Assembly: GCA_963662585.1 (NCBI GenBank) | Contig: OY759729.1 | Location: 384,001-448,000 of the forward strand | DNA: 64,000 nucleotides | From: Candidatus Cloacimonadales bacterium | GTDB lineage: Bacteria > Cloacimonadota > Cloacimonadia > Cloacimonadales > JAFGVF01 | Direction of reading: 5' to 3' | In this document: positions 38,664 through 49,375 of the stretch, piece after piece | Layout of the letters: each line of letters opens with the position of its first letter | Position numbering within the stretch: position 1 is the stretch's first letter | The notes under the pieces: model-generated | Seen by the model: the letters and a program-made list of their open reading frames with translations, nothing else | What the model was told of the DNA's origin: nothing | Databases searched by the model: none | Program-made: the position numbers and the translations under genes

Positions 38664-40508
38664 TTATACTTTTATCGTTTCATAGATATCTTCAATATCT
38701 TTATTAACCAAGCCATTTCTAAAGATATGATAGAGATCATTGTTTTTAGATATGGTAGCACCAATAGTTCTAATAGCCTTGAGATGATATCCAGGTCTTT
38801 CTTCAGGAGATAATATCAAGAAAAGAAGATTTACCTTTTCTCCATCAGGAGAGCCCCAATCTAAAGCTTTATGCAACAATCCACAGGCAATCTTAGGAGT
38901 ATCTATTCCTGTAATTCTACAATGAGGTATAGCCACACCCTTACCAATTCCAGTACTAGAGAGCTTTTCACGCTCAGAAATAGAGAAAGTGATATCAGCT
39001 GTTTCATTGATTAAACCATGTTTTACCATTAATTGCGAGAGTTCAAAGATTGCTTCTTCTTTAGTTGAAGCCATCATTTCAAACACTCTATCTTCAATCA
39101 TTCCAGCTAAAGTAAAATCAGAATCAGGAGTAGTTGATTTAACAGCTTTATCTTCACCAACAGTCCAGTTTCTCCATTTAATCAAGGTTCTTTCCGAGAG
39201 ATAAGCACCACCTAATTCAAAAATGATTAGAGCAGGAATTATGGTATTAAATATCACAAATCCCCCACTTTTGGCCAAGAGAGTAGCAACTAAGATAGTC
39301 TCTACCGCTGCCATACCTGCTTGAGGAAGCATAAGTTTTGGTAAAGCGGCAATAATCTTTTTGTCTTGGTTAGTTACTTTAGCTCCCATCCAGTTTCCTA
39401 GCAACTTACCTGCAGTTCTTAGGACCACATAACCCAGAGCAAATTTGATAGAATTAGCATCAAAAGAATCAATTCTTACACTTGCTCCAATTATAGCAAA
39501 GAACATTAAATTGAAGATAGGCATAACATTTTCAATCTTCAGTGAATCAAAGATAGCATTATTATGGAAGTTAGAAATGAGAAAACCTGCCACAATCGCA
39601 GTAATCAAGAATGGTAAGTTGAAATGAATAGCTACAGAGATTCCTATTGCTATTATCCCAATCATAATAATTAAAATTTCTACTGAAGGAGTTGGATGTT
39701 CAGAAAGAACAGTCGATAAAAATGAGCTATCTTTTATTTTATGATAGGAATCATCTTTCTTACTTCTCTCCTTGATAGATAATTTAAAAATTAAGAATAT
39801 TACTAACCCGATTACTGATGCTAATACTAACTCTTTGGTCACATGATAAGTTAAATGTCCAACTGATAGATGTTCTCCATTCTGCTTAGCAACTGCTATT
39901 CCTAAGAAAATAGAGAAGAAAATTACTTCCATTATATCATCTAAGACTACTATATTAGCCAAGAGATTCTTCAATGAACCAGTAATTTTTAATTTTGACA
40001 TTAAGATAAAAGTTAAAGCTGGGGCTGTCGCAATACCAATTGAACCGATTAATAAAGAATTAATCCATGAGAATTGGAAGATAAAACGGAAGCCTATAGC
40101 TAATAACAAGAATGTTAACATACCTTGAATTAGACAAATAAATACAGCTTTTATTCCAACTTTCCTTAAACGGTCACGGTGAAGTTCTTCCCCTAATGAA
40201 AAAGCTATCAATCCTAAAAATAAAAAAACAAAAAAGTGATAACTTTCTAATACTTGTCCATATTCGGCAAACTCCGAATTGTAAAAATGATATATAGGTT
40301 TGAAAAAACTTATGCTATGTAAATGGTTATATTTTTCTAATACTCTGTGAATTAATTCTAAGAAGTGAGGACCGACAATTATCCCGCCAAAGATTTGTCC
40401 AATCACTTCACCAATCTTGAATTTCTTCGCAATTAATCCAAATACATAAGCAGATAAAATTAGTAATCCTAATTCTAAAATCTGCATTTTCATATGTTGT
40501 AAATCCAT
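38664..40508 (-). CDS. Cation:proton antiporter fused to a PTS EIIA domain
   Basis: Multi-TM region with ATAPA, LDD and LPQAG; C-terminal EREKLSSTGIGKGVAIPH EIIA motif. Confidence 0.88.
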   Translation of the reverse strand: MDLQHMKMQILELGLLILSAYVFGLIAKKFKIGEVIGQIFGGIIVGPHFLELIHRVLEKYNHLHSISFFKPIYHFYNSEFAEYGQVLESYHFFVFLFLGLIAFSLGEELHRDRLRKVGIKAVFICLIQGMLTFLLLAIGFRFIFQFSWINSLLIGSIGIATAPALTFILMSKLKITGSLKNLLANIVVLDDIMEVIFFSIFLGIAVAKQNGEHLSVGHLTYHVTKELVLASVIGLVIFLIFKLSIKERSKKDDSYHKIKDSSFLSTVLSEHPTPSVEILIIMIGIIAIGISVAIHFNLPFLITAIVAGFLISNFHNNAIFDSLKIENVMPIFNLMFFAIIGASVRIDSFDANSIKFALGYVVLRTAGKLLGNWMGAKVTNQDKKIIAALPKLMLPQAGMAAVETILVATLLAKSGGFVIFNTIIPALIIFELGGAYLSERTLIKWRNWTVGEDKAVKSTTPDSDFTLAGMIEDRVFEMMASTKEEAIFELSQLMVKHGLINETADITFSISEREKLSSTGIGKGVAIPHCRITGIDTPKIACGLLHKALDWGSPDGEKVNLLFLILSPEERPGYHLKAIRTIGATISKNNDLYHIFRNGLVNKDIEDIYETIKV

Positions 40509-40818
40509 TGATTCCTCTTATTTCATTTATACAAAACCTAACAATGTCAGAAAAAAATAATTTGACTATTTATGCAAGTAAATTATTTAAGCATTAAGTT
40601 TTGTAACTTCACGCCAAAGTACGCAAAGTGGAGATATGAGACTCTCGTCAATGCCTTAAGATTGAATAGACTTATTCTCTTAGTTGAGGAAATTTGCTTC
40701 CAGCCAAAGTTTGCAATTAGGGAGTGAAGGGAATCTACCTATTAGAATTAAGTTGTATTTATAGTAATTTATAAAGGTCTTACTGCATTAATGAGTAAAT
40801 TAATGGAGGAACATAAAA

Positions 40819-42021
40819 ATGTTCTCAGACGGCTCAACTGGATTTATGCTGGTTGCAACAAGTTTAGTAATGCTTATGACACCTGGATTAGCTTTTTTCT
40901 ATGGTGGACTAGCTTCTAAACGAAATATTCTTGGTATAATGATGCAAAGTTTTGTATCATTAGGTGTAACAACAATCCTCTGGTATGCCTTCGGGTATTC
41001 CCTCTGTTTTAGCGGTGCAGGAGCAATTATTGGAAATTTCGATAAGAGCTTCCTGATGGGAGTCGATCTTCTTACTCCGTTTGGAGATGGTGCGATTCCT
41101 GAATTCGTTTTCTTTTCCTATCAAATGATGTTCGCTATCATCACCCCTGCCTTAATTACAGGTGCTTTTACTGGTAGAGTATCTTTCAAAGCTTACCTAC
41201 TATTCTTAGTATTTTGGCAGATCTTCGTCTATTACCCATTTGTTCACATGATCTGGGGTGGTGGAATTCTTGCTCAGTGGGGTGTAAGAGACTTTGCAGG
41301 AGGAATAGTAGTACATATCACTGCTGGTTTCGCTGCTTTAGCTTCTGTTATCTTTGTGGGTGAAAGAAAAGATAGAAACTCTAAACCTAATAGTATCCCA
41401 TTGGTAGCTATTGGAACTGGTTTACTCTGGTTCGGCTGGTATGGTTTTAACGCGGGTAGTGAGCTCAGAGTTGATCATATTACAGCTCAAGCCTTTGTTA
41501 ATACTGATATAGCCGCCTCTTTCGCTACTATCACTTGGTTAATTATTGAATGGTCTCGTGAAAAGAAACCTAAATTCGTAGGACTTATGACAGGTGCAGT
41601 TGCCGGTTTGGCAACTATTACCCCAGCTGCAGGCTTTGTTCCTGCCTGGGCTGCTGCTCTTATAGGTATTTTAGCTGGTCTTGGTTGCTATTTTGCTGTT
41701 GCCCTCAAGAACAGACTCAAATGGGACGATGCTCTCGATGTTTGGGGTGTTCATGGTATGGGTGGATTCATTGGTACCGTATTACTCGGAGTTTTTGCTA
41801 GTACAACTCTCAATCCCGCCGGAGCTGATGGACTATTGTACGGAAATTCTGCTTTCTTCTTCAAACAGTTAACTACAGCTGTTGGAACTGCTATCTATGC
41901 TTACCTCTTTACTTATGCTATGCTTTGGATTATTAATAAAATAACCATTGTTAGAGTATGTGAAGAACATGAAGGTGAAGGATTAGATAAATCAATTCAT
42001 GAAGAAGATGCTTACGCATAA
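40819..42021 (+). CDS. amtB: Ammonium transporter
   Basis: MTPGLAFFYGG, DFAGGIVVH, LWFGWYGFNAGS and DDALDVWGVHG motifs. Confidence 0.96.
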   Translation: MFSDGSTGFMLVATSLVMLMTPGLAFFYGGLASKRNILGIMMQSFVSLGVTTILWYAFGYSLCFSGAGAIIGNFDKSFLMGVDLLTPFGDGAIPEFVFFSYQMMFAIITPALITGAFTGRVSFKAYLLFLVFWQIFVYYPFVHMIWGGGILAQWGVRDFAGGIVVHITAGFAALASVIFVGERKDRNSKPNSIPLVAIGTGLLWFGWYGFNAGSELRVDHITAQAFVNTDIAASFATITWLIIEWSREKKPKFVGLMTGAVAGLATITPAAGFVPAWAAALIGILAGLGCYFAVALKNRLKWDDALDVWGVHGMGGFIGTVLLGVFASTTLNPAGADGLLYGNSAFFFKQLTTAVGTAIYAYLFTYAMLWIINKITIVRVCEEHEGEGLDKSIHEEDAYA

Positions 42022-42051
42022 ATAGATATTTAACAATATATAAAACCTAAC

Positions 42052-42087
42052 AAAAATCCCTCTCATAATTAACTTATGGGAGGGATT
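42052..42087. terminator. Hairpin between convergent genes
   Basis: AATCCCTCTCATAA...TTATGGGAGGGATT stem. Confidence 0.6.
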
Positions 42088-42111
42088 ATAATTTCTAGAA
42101 CTTTATATTAG

Positions 42112-45100
42112 TTATTTTTTCACTAACATATCTCTTTGGCTTTTAACTTTCTTAGCTTCTTTAAAATCATCTTGATCAAGCAATGAATCATTTAATTCAA
42201 TGTTTTGAATAAAATCATCAGCACGATTATTCCAATTTGAAACTTCAGCCATAGAAACAGGGATTAGTGAGATTTCTGCTAAAGTGTTGATTAGCATATC
42301 TTGCAAGATACTATTTTTGGCATTACTAAAGACTTTAACCCTCATATCATCGGCAAAAGCAAGTCCATCAATCTCCAGGTATGAAGCTTTAGGAATAAAG
42401 ATATCTACAAGAGAGCTCTTAACAAAAGTATCACTAATTAAGATAGTGAATCTTTCCTTATTAAATTCATGAGGTAAATCTCCATAATAGATATCAGCAT
42501 TGAAGTTATTCTTCTTATGACTCTCCAGATTAAAGAATGCTAAACTTCTGATATTATTCCATTTTGAAGTTGGATAAATATAGCTAGCAATAGCAAAATC
42601 AGGAAGTTGAATAGCTAAGTTATAAATCTCTTTTGCAACTTCTAATTCTATGTTATCCAAGTTATAAATAAAGATAGTTTTTGCTTTAATATTTCCAGCT
42701 AATTCATTTATATTATGATATTTATAATCAGCAAATTTAACAAAATCCACATCAGGATAATTAACTAAAGTAAGCTTTTTACCTTTGCGTTGTTCAAGTC
42801 TGATTAAGGTTCTAAGAGTTTGAGAAATCTCCCCTACCACGATATAATTTTCTGCTTGAGCAAGTTTTTCTTTATCCACTATGGTATAGCTCTTAGTAAG
42901 CAAGACCTGATGGAAGCTATCAAGTTCTTGTAACCAGCTAATAGCTTGTTTTTGAGAATTTGCTAACTCTTGTCCGAGCAGAATCTCTTCGATAGTTAAA
43001 TTAGGAGAAAGAATAGTTTGATATCCCTCTTTTAACTTATCTTTAAGAATTGTCTGAAGTTGAGGATAATCAATTTCTTCCCATTTACCGCTGTCATTAA
43101 CAAGAGGAAGAGTCGGTTTAGCATCAAGCTTTTGCCAGCCAAAACGACCTTTATAGCAGAGGTTTCTTCCATTAAAACTATCATCTAAGTTATATTGCAT
43201 TGGTAAGAATTCTGCAGGGCTTTCAGCAGGTGTTGCAATAGTGGTTACCTTGTCGGTATGAATATCAACTAAGATATCACAACCACTTCCACACATACCG
43301 CAAGATTGAATTACTTTATTATTTTCTAAAGGATTTTGCTTATAGTTAAGATTCTTAGGAAGTAAAGCACCTGTAGGACAGACAGCTATACATTTTCCAC
43401 AGGATTCACAAGTAGTATTATTAAGACTTTCTCCAAATTCTGGAGCAACTAATGTTTTAAAGCCTCTGAAGATATAACCAAGAACACCAGCACCTTGAAT
43501 TTCAGCACAAGTACGGACACAGCGTCCGCAGTTCACGCATTTATTGGCATCACGCAAAATGAATTCATGAGAATCATCAATAGGATGTTCATTCTTACTT
43601 CCGACAAATATATCTTGAGTAACATCATAATCTGAAGCATATTTACGCAAAGCACAAGTTTTATTTACTTGACAGCCACACTCTAAACAGCGCTTAGCTT
43701 CTTGGATAGCAGCTTCTTCAGAAAATCCTGTCTCTACTTCCTTGAATGTTGCTTTAGCTTGTGAAACTTCAATCTCAGGCATTTTAGCTCTTGGTGCTTC
43801 TTCAATATCAGCATACAATTCTTTTTTTATATCTTCAAGTTTATGGGCTTTTATTGAGTTAAATATATACTTTTTAGCTTGAATATCTTCTCCCTGTAAG
43901 AATTTAGCAATAGTTTCAGCTGCTATTTTACCATCAGCAATAGCTTCTACTGCTGTAGCAGGACCTCTTCTTACATCACCACCAGCAAAGACATTACCTA
44001 GTCCAGTGTACATAGTAGTTTCAGAAGAGTTAAGGGTATTCCATCGGGTGAATGGAAGTTCTTTACCATCGATATAATTATCTTCTCCTAGCATGAAATC
44101 TAGTTGAGGTTTTTGCGAAATTGCAGCAACTACAGAATCAAAATCAATAATTTCAAACTCACCAGTAGGCTTAGGAGATCTTCTACCTGAAGCATCAGGC
44201 TCACCAAGGACCATCTTCTCTAGTTTAATCTGTTTTAGTCTACCATTTTCACCAAAATACTCCACAGGATTAGTGAGTAATCTAAATTCTACACCTTCAT
44301 GTTCTGCTGCTTCTATTTCAAAAGCTTCAGCAGGCATTTGCTCTTTAGCTCTACGATAAATAATTGTAGCTTGAGCACCTAATCTAGTAGCTGTTCTTAC
44401 ACAGTCAATTGCAGTATTTCCACCTCCGATAACAGCCATTTTCTTTCCTATTTCAGGAGGATTTCCTAAAGCACAATCTTTAAGAAAATCAACCCCAAGA
44501 TAGCATCCCTTTAGATGACTTCCTGGGACAGGCATGGCCACAGCCTCAGAAGCACCAATAGCAACATAAACAGCATCATATTCTGCTCTGAGTTCTTTAA
44601 AACTAATATCTTTGCCTATTTCAACATCACATTCTATTTCCATGCCATTAGCACACATAATCTCAATTTCAGTATCTAATATTTCTTTAGGTAAACGATA
44701 TTCAGGAATACCATAGCGTAACCAACCACCTGCTTTTGGCATTGATTCAAATACTTTTACTTGATAGCCTTGATTAGAGAGGTAATAGCCACATGTTAGA
44801 CCTGAAGGACCTCCACCAATGATAGCTATTTTCTTATCTTTATTCTCTTCTCTTTCTGGAACAAAGGTCCAATAATCTTGAGCATCATAATCTGCAGCAA
44901 ATCTTTTTAACTGGCGAATAGCTATTGATTCATCAATAACTTGCCTTCTACAATCTTCTTCACAGAATGCAGGACAAACTCTACCAATTGATAAAGGCAT
45001 TGGTAACTGTTCTTTAATCAGCTTTACCGCTTCGTGATATTGCTTGTTTGCTATTAAGGAAACATAGGATTGAACATCTATTTTTGCTGGACAAGCTAAT

Positions 45101-45408
45101 TTACAAGGTGCTTCACAATCAGCATAGTGATCAGACAAAAGAAGTTCTAAGGCCATTTTACGAGCTTTTTTAACTTCTACTCCTTCTGTATCTACTACCA
45201 TACCTTCGGTAATAGTAGTACCACAAGAGGTAACAAATCCTTTTCTTCCTTCTACTTTTACTGCACAAACCCAGCATGAGCCATAAGGCTTTAATTCTTC
45301 ATCATGACAAAGGGTAGGAATTTCAAAACCTTCTCTTCTTGCTACATCTAATATTGTTGAACCCTCTGGGGCTAATACTTCTTTATTATTAAGTTTAATT
45401 TTTATCAT
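42112..45408 (-). CDS. Large Fe-S/FAD oxidoreductase subunit (2Fe-2S, GltD-like, NuoG-like Fe-S, degenerate molybdopterin-fold tail)
   Basis: IPTLC..GSCWVC, GRVCPAFCE, IGGGPSG, GGGNTAIDC, CVNCGRCVRTC, CESCGKCIAVCP and CGMCGSGC motifs. Confidence 0.88.
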   Translation of the reverse strand: MIKIKLNNKEVLAPEGSTILDVARREGFEIPTLCHDEELKPYGSCWVCAVKVEGRKGFVTSCGTTITEGMVVDTEGVEVKKARKMALELLLSDHYADCEAPCKLACPAKIDVQSYVSLIANKQYHEAVKLIKEQLPMPLSIGRVCPAFCEEDCRRQVIDESIAIRQLKRFAADYDAQDYWTFVPEREENKDKKIAIIGGGPSGLTCGYYLSNQGYQVKVFESMPKAGGWLRYGIPEYRLPKEILDTEIEIMCANGMEIECDVEIGKDISFKELRAEYDAVYVAIGASEAVAMPVPGSHLKGCYLGVDFLKDCALGNPPEIGKKMAVIGGGNTAIDCVRTATRLGAQATIIYRRAKEQMPAEAFEIEAAEHEGVEFRLLTNPVEYFGENGRLKQIKLEKMVLGEPDASGRRSPKPTGEFEIIDFDSVVAAISQKPQLDFMLGEDNYIDGKELPFTRWNTLNSSETTMYTGLGNVFAGGDVRRGPATAVEAIADGKIAAETIAKFLQGEDIQAKKYIFNSIKAHKLEDIKKELYADIEEAPRAKMPEIEVSQAKATFKEVETGFSEEAAIQEAKRCLECGCQVNKTCALRKYASDYDVTQDIFVGSKNEHPIDDSHEFILRDANKCVNCGRCVRTCAEIQGAGVLGYIFRGFKTLVAPEFGESLNNTTCESCGKCIAVCPTGALLPKNLNYKQNPLENNKVIQSCGMCGSGCDILVDIHTDKVTTIATPAESPAEFLPMQYNLDDSFNGRNLCYKGRFGWQKLDAKPTLPLVNDSGKWEEIDYPQLQTILKDKLKEGYQTILSPNLTIEEILLGQELANSQKQAISWLQELDSFHQVLLTKSYTIVDKEKLAQAENYIVVGEISQTLRTLIRLEQRKGKKLTLVNYPDVDFVKFADYKYHNINELAGNIKAKTIFIYNLDNIELEVAKEIYNLAIQLPDFAIASYIYPTSKWNNIRSLAFFNLESHKKNNFNADIYYGDLPHEFNKERFTILISDTFVKSSLVDIFIPKASYLEIDGLAFADDMRVKVFSNAKNSILQDMLINTLAEISLIPVSMAEVSNWNNRADDFIQNIELNDSLLDQDDFKEAKKVKSQRDMLVKK

Positions 45409-45416
45409 TCTTTCTC

Positions 45417-47186
45417 CTATCTAATCTCTATAGCTGAGAATTTACAAGCTTTATAACAAGAACCACACTTGATACAGCTATCTTGATCAATTAGATGAGC
45501 TTTCTTTACCTGGCCACTTATACACTTGGTCGGGCAGACCCTAGCACAAGCAGTACAACCGATACACTTATCTTCTATAATATGATAAGTTAAGAGATCG
45601 GTACATACTAGAGCAGGACATTTTTTCTCTACAATATGAGCTTCATACTCTTCCCTGAAATATCTTAGTGTTGTTAAAACAGGATTAGGAGCTGTCTGCC
45701 CTAAGCCACAAAGTGAAGTTGTAATAATCTTTTCTGATAGATTTTCTAAAGTCTCAATATCTTTCTCTTCCCCTCGTCCTGAAGTTATCTTTTCTAAGAT
45801 TTCCAACATTCTTTTGGTACCAATTCTACAAAATGTACATTTTCCACAAGATTCATTTTGAGTGAAATTTAAGAAGAATTTTGCTACATCGACCATGCAA
45901 GTATCGTAATCCATTACTACCATACCACCAGAACCCATGATTGCTCCAGTTTGGCTGATAGAATCATAGTCCACAATAGTATCTAAGAGAGAAGCAGGAA
46001 CACAACCTCCTGAAGGTCCTCCTAGCTGTACAGCTTTAAAAGGTGAAGAAGTCTTCATTCCTCCACCAACTTTATAAATCACATCTTTTAAAGTTATTCC
46101 CATTGGTACTTCTATCAAGCCAGAGTTTCTAATTTTACCTGCCAAAGCAAAGACTTTTGTTCCCTTAGACTTTTCAGTACCAAGTTTAGCAAATTCTTCA
46201 GCGCCGTTAAGAATGATCCAAGTAATATTCGCCCAAGTCTCAACATTATTTATATTGGTAGGATATTGCCATAAACCAGATTCTGCAGGGAAAGGAGGGC
46301 GTAAGTTTGGCATTCCGCGTTTACCTTCCACCGAAGCCATTAAGGCAGTTTCTTCTCCACAAACAAAAGCACCAGCACCTTCTTTGATATGAAGATGGAA
46401 GTTAAAATCACTTCCTAAAATTTTATCTCCTAGGAAACCTCTCTCCTCAGCTTGTTTAATAGCAATATTTAAATGTTTTATAGCTAAAGGATATTCAGCT
46501 CTAACATAAAGATATCCCTCATCAGCACCGATAGCATAAGCACCGATAATCATTCCTTCTATAATAGCATGAGGATCACCTTCTAAGACTGAACGATCCA
46601 TAAAAGCACCAGGATCACCTTCATCAGCATTACAAATTACGAATTTCTTGTCACTCTTGTTATTAAAGGCAAATCGCCATTTTAATCCAGTAGGAAAACC
46701 TGCTCCACCGCGACCTCTAAGTCCTGAATCAGTAATAGTATTAATAATCTCTTCACCTGTTAAGCTGATAGCTTTTTTAAGGGCAGAATAACCATCACGA
46801 GCGATATATTCATCAATTATTACTGGGTCGATAACTCCACAATTTCTAAGAACAATGCGAGTTTGGGATTCTAACAAGTAATTTTCAGGAGCATCTATCT
46901 TATTTGAATAGATTAACTTAGGATGACTAATCTCACCTTCTAAAAGTGTAGAGAAGATAGATTCTAAATCTTCAAGAACTAAATCACCATATACTGAATC
47001 TGTCCCTTCATCAGTTACTACTTCAATTAATGGTTCAGCATGACACATGCCGTTACAGGCAGTATGCTTAAGCTCAAAATTGTATTTGTCTTCTGCTATC
47101 AAGCGTTTTGCTTCATCATAAATTAACTGGGCTCCAGCAGCTAAACCACAAGAGGCCATTCCAACTTTAATCTGTATCTTAGTCAT
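45417..47186 (-). CDS. NuoF/HydB-like NADH-binding flavin Fe-S subunit
   Basis: GRGGAGFPTG, NADEGDPGAFMDR, ESCGKCTFCR and a C-terminal 2x[4Fe-4S] domain. Confidence 0.94.
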   Translation of the reverse strand: MTKIQIKVGMASCGLAAGAQLIYDEAKRLIAEDKYNFELKHTACNGMCHAEPLIEVVTDEGTDSVYGDLVLEDLESIFSTLLEGEISHPKLIYSNKIDAPENYLLESQTRIVLRNCGVIDPVIIDEYIARDGYSALKKAISLTGEEIINTITDSGLRGRGGAGFPTGLKWRFAFNNKSDKKFVICNADEGDPGAFMDRSVLEGDPHAIIEGMIIGAYAIGADEGYLYVRAEYPLAIKHLNIAIKQAEERGFLGDKILGSDFNFHLHIKEGAGAFVCGEETALMASVEGKRGMPNLRPPFPAESGLWQYPTNINNVETWANITWIILNGAEEFAKLGTEKSKGTKVFALAGKIRNSGLIEVPMGITLKDVIYKVGGGMKTSSPFKAVQLGGPSGGCVPASLLDTIVDYDSISQTGAIMGSGGMVVMDYDTCMVDVAKFFLNFTQNESCGKCTFCRIGTKRMLEILEKITSGRGEEKDIETLENLSEKIITTSLCGLGQTAPNPVLTTLRYFREEYEAHIVEKKCPALVCTDLLTYHIIEDKCIGCTACARVCPTKCISGQVKKAHLIDQDSCIKCGSCYKACKFSAIEIR

Positions 47187-47649
47187 TATTCACCTCTTTC
47201 TTAAAGCTTTCAATAATTTGAGGAATTTTAGCAGAAGTTAGTTTTCCATAAGTTTTATCCTCAATCATAATCACTGGAGCTAAAGAACAGCAACCTAAGC
47301 AGGCTACTTCTAAAATAGTAAAGAGGTTATCTTGGGTAGTATCTTCATCAGCACCAAGATTTAAGCTTTCTTTCAAGGCTTCAAGAATAGTTTTAGCTCC
47401 TGAAACATGACAAGCAGTACCTTTACAAATTCTAATAGTATATTTTCCTTGAGGTTTTAAGCGGAACATAGAATAAAATGTAGCTACTCCATAAATCTCG
47501 GCTACAGGAATATTTGTTAATTCAGAAATAGTTTTGATTGTTTCGCGAGAAAGATATGATTCAGCTCGCTGAACTTCTTGGAGAATAGGTATTAATGACC
47601 CTTTTTTATTATTATACTTAGCAACAATATCATTTAAATTAGCAGACAT
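47179..47649 (-). CDS. NuoE/HydC-like 2Fe-2S subunit
   Basis: GVATFYSMF, CKGTACH and CLGCCSLAP motifs. Confidence 0.94.
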   Translation of the reverse strand: MSANLNDIVAKYNNKKGSLIPILQEVQRAESYLSRETIKTISELTNIPVAEIYGVATFYSMFRLKPQGKYTIRICKGTACHVSGAKTILEALKESLNLGADEDTTQDNLFTILEVACLGCCSLAPVIMIEDKTYGKLTSAKIPQIIESFKKEVNND

Positions 47650-47662
47650 CTAATTTCTCCCT

Positions 47663-48097
47663 CTATAATTTCTTTTTAAATTTTTCTACCAACTCTCTTG
47701 CTTCAGGAGTCCTTTCTATAAACTCTACAAAGGCAAACATTCTGTTAAAAGTCTCCAAACTAATATCATGTTCTACTAAACAGGCATCAGCATCTGCTTG
47801 AGAATGTTCTATTCCTAGGACTTCATTAAAAAAACGAGTAAGAGTTAAATGTCTGCGGTATATTTTACCTGCAAACTCTCTTCCTTTGTCGGTCAAAGTT
47901 ATCTCTTTATATTTTTCATAGACAATTAATTCTTCTTCAGCAAGCTTTCTGAGAGCAGAAACAACTGAAGGCTTTTTAACACCTAGCTTTAAAGCTAAAT
48001 CAGTTACTCTGATCTTTTCATTGGAAAGACCCAATAGTAATATTCTCTCTAAATAATCTTCTAAGCTTTTACCTAAATTTAACCACTCACTACTCAT
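47663..48097 (-). CDS. DtxR/MntR-family metal-dependent regulator
   Basis: SLEDYLE, LGVKKPSV, RRH and DACLVEH motifs. Confidence 0.9.
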   Translation of the reverse strand: MSSEWLNLGKSLEDYLERILLLGLSNEKIRVTDLALKLGVKKPSVVSALRKLAEEELIVYEKYKEITLTDKGREFAGKIYRRHLTLTRFFNEVLGIEHSQADADACLVEHDISLETFNRMFAFVEFIERTPEARELVEKFKKKL

Positions 48098-48150
48098 TTT
48101 CCATCCTTTGTGATTTATTAATTCTTAATTATTATCATTTTATAAATAAG

Positions 48151-48182
48151 ATATGACAGAATAATCTGTTATTCTGTCATAT
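48151..48182. terminator. Perfect 14-bp stem hairpin (terminator or operator)
   Basis: ATATGACAGAATAA-TCTG-TTATTCTGTCATAT. Confidence 0.5.
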
Positions 48183-48208
48183 CTTACTAGTCTTTCACGA
48201 TAAGGAAC

Positions 48209-49033
48209 CTACTTAATTTTCAAAATCTGAGCCAATTTGCCTCCCATAATGGAGACATTAGGATTAGAATCTTTTTTCCACTCTTTTACAGTACGAGTTG
48301 TTACTTTTACAAATTCTGCAGATTTGTCACGATTACTTTGCTGAGTAATAATATTAGCAAGCTTTTTCATGCTTACCCAAATTGTCTTAATTCTCTTATC
48401 ATCTGCATCACTTAGCCACTCCTTAACTACTGGGTAGCACTTATTAGGTTTGGAACGGCCAACTTGAGTTAGAATATGAGTAATTTTCTTTTGGACTTCT
48501 AAAGATTCATCATCAATCATATTACCAATAAAGGACATAATGAATTTTGGATCACTTGAAGCGATGTTCTCCATTCCGTGTAAAGAAAGAGATCTTTTAA
48601 CTTCATCTTTATCTTTTTGCCATTGGGGCATATATTTCTTCATGGTTTTAGGATGTTTTTTCCACATATTAAGAGCTAAGGTTTCTGCTTCCCATGGAAC
48701 TTTATCGTAGTATTTATCCAAAACAATTATTACTTCTTCAGCATTTGTAGTATCTTTGTAATAGAAATAAAAAAGGGCAGTTGCTCTAATACCATAGATT
48801 TTGTGTTTAAGCATTTTATGACAAACTTCATCCATTATCTCTTTATCTTCACAATCAGCTAGTAACTTACCTAATTCTTCTCTAACAAAATAATTAGCAG
48901 TATTAGCAATTAGATTTATTCTTCTTGCTACAGAAGTGAGTTTCTTTTTTTCAACTTGCTCAAAGATTTCGGCAACTTTTAGTCGTAATTCCTTCATATC
49001 TTCTGGTGTTAAACGACCTACTTGTCTAAACAT
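48209..49033 (-). CDS. HEAT-repeat / DNA alkylation repair-like protein
   Basis: Helical repeats such as WQKDKDEVKR and DDESLEVQK. Confidence 0.6.
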   Translation of the reverse strand: MFRQVGRLTPEDMKELRLKVAEIFEQVEKKKLTSVARRINLIANTANYFVREELGKLLADCEDKEIMDEVCHKMLKHKIYGIRATALFYFYYKDTTNAEEVIIVLDKYYDKVPWEAETLALNMWKKHPKTMKKYMPQWQKDKDEVKRSLSLHGMENIASSDPKFIMSFIGNMIDDESLEVQKKITHILTQVGRSKPNKCYPVVKEWLSDADDKRIKTIWVSMKKLANIITQQSNRDKSAEFVKVTTRTVKEWKKDSNPNVSIMGGKLAQILKIK

Positions 49034-49375
49034 ATAGTATCTCCTGTAAAAATTTACATCAATATTTGATTCAATACAAATTATTGTTATTTTTTATTTA
49101 TTGTTATTTTTTTTGTAAGTTCTAGTTATAAATATTTTTTTTTATTAAGAATAAAACCTTGTACAATTTTGTGTACCAACAGAACTTTAACTAAGATTTA
49201 TATTAAATATTTTTATGTCAAGTTTTTTATTTAAAGGCTTTTCTTTTTTCTTTAGCTCAGATGAGGGAGTAAACTTTCTTATAATCTAAATTGAAGAACC
49301 TTACCTACATCTAGCACCTTAACTAAACTATAATTAGCATTACTTCCATCAGACATCAACAAAGAAACAAAAGTC

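Noticed and set aside
40560..40810. Riboswitch upstream of amtB
   Set aside because: No aptamer consensus I can recognise; an Rfam/Infernal scan would settle it
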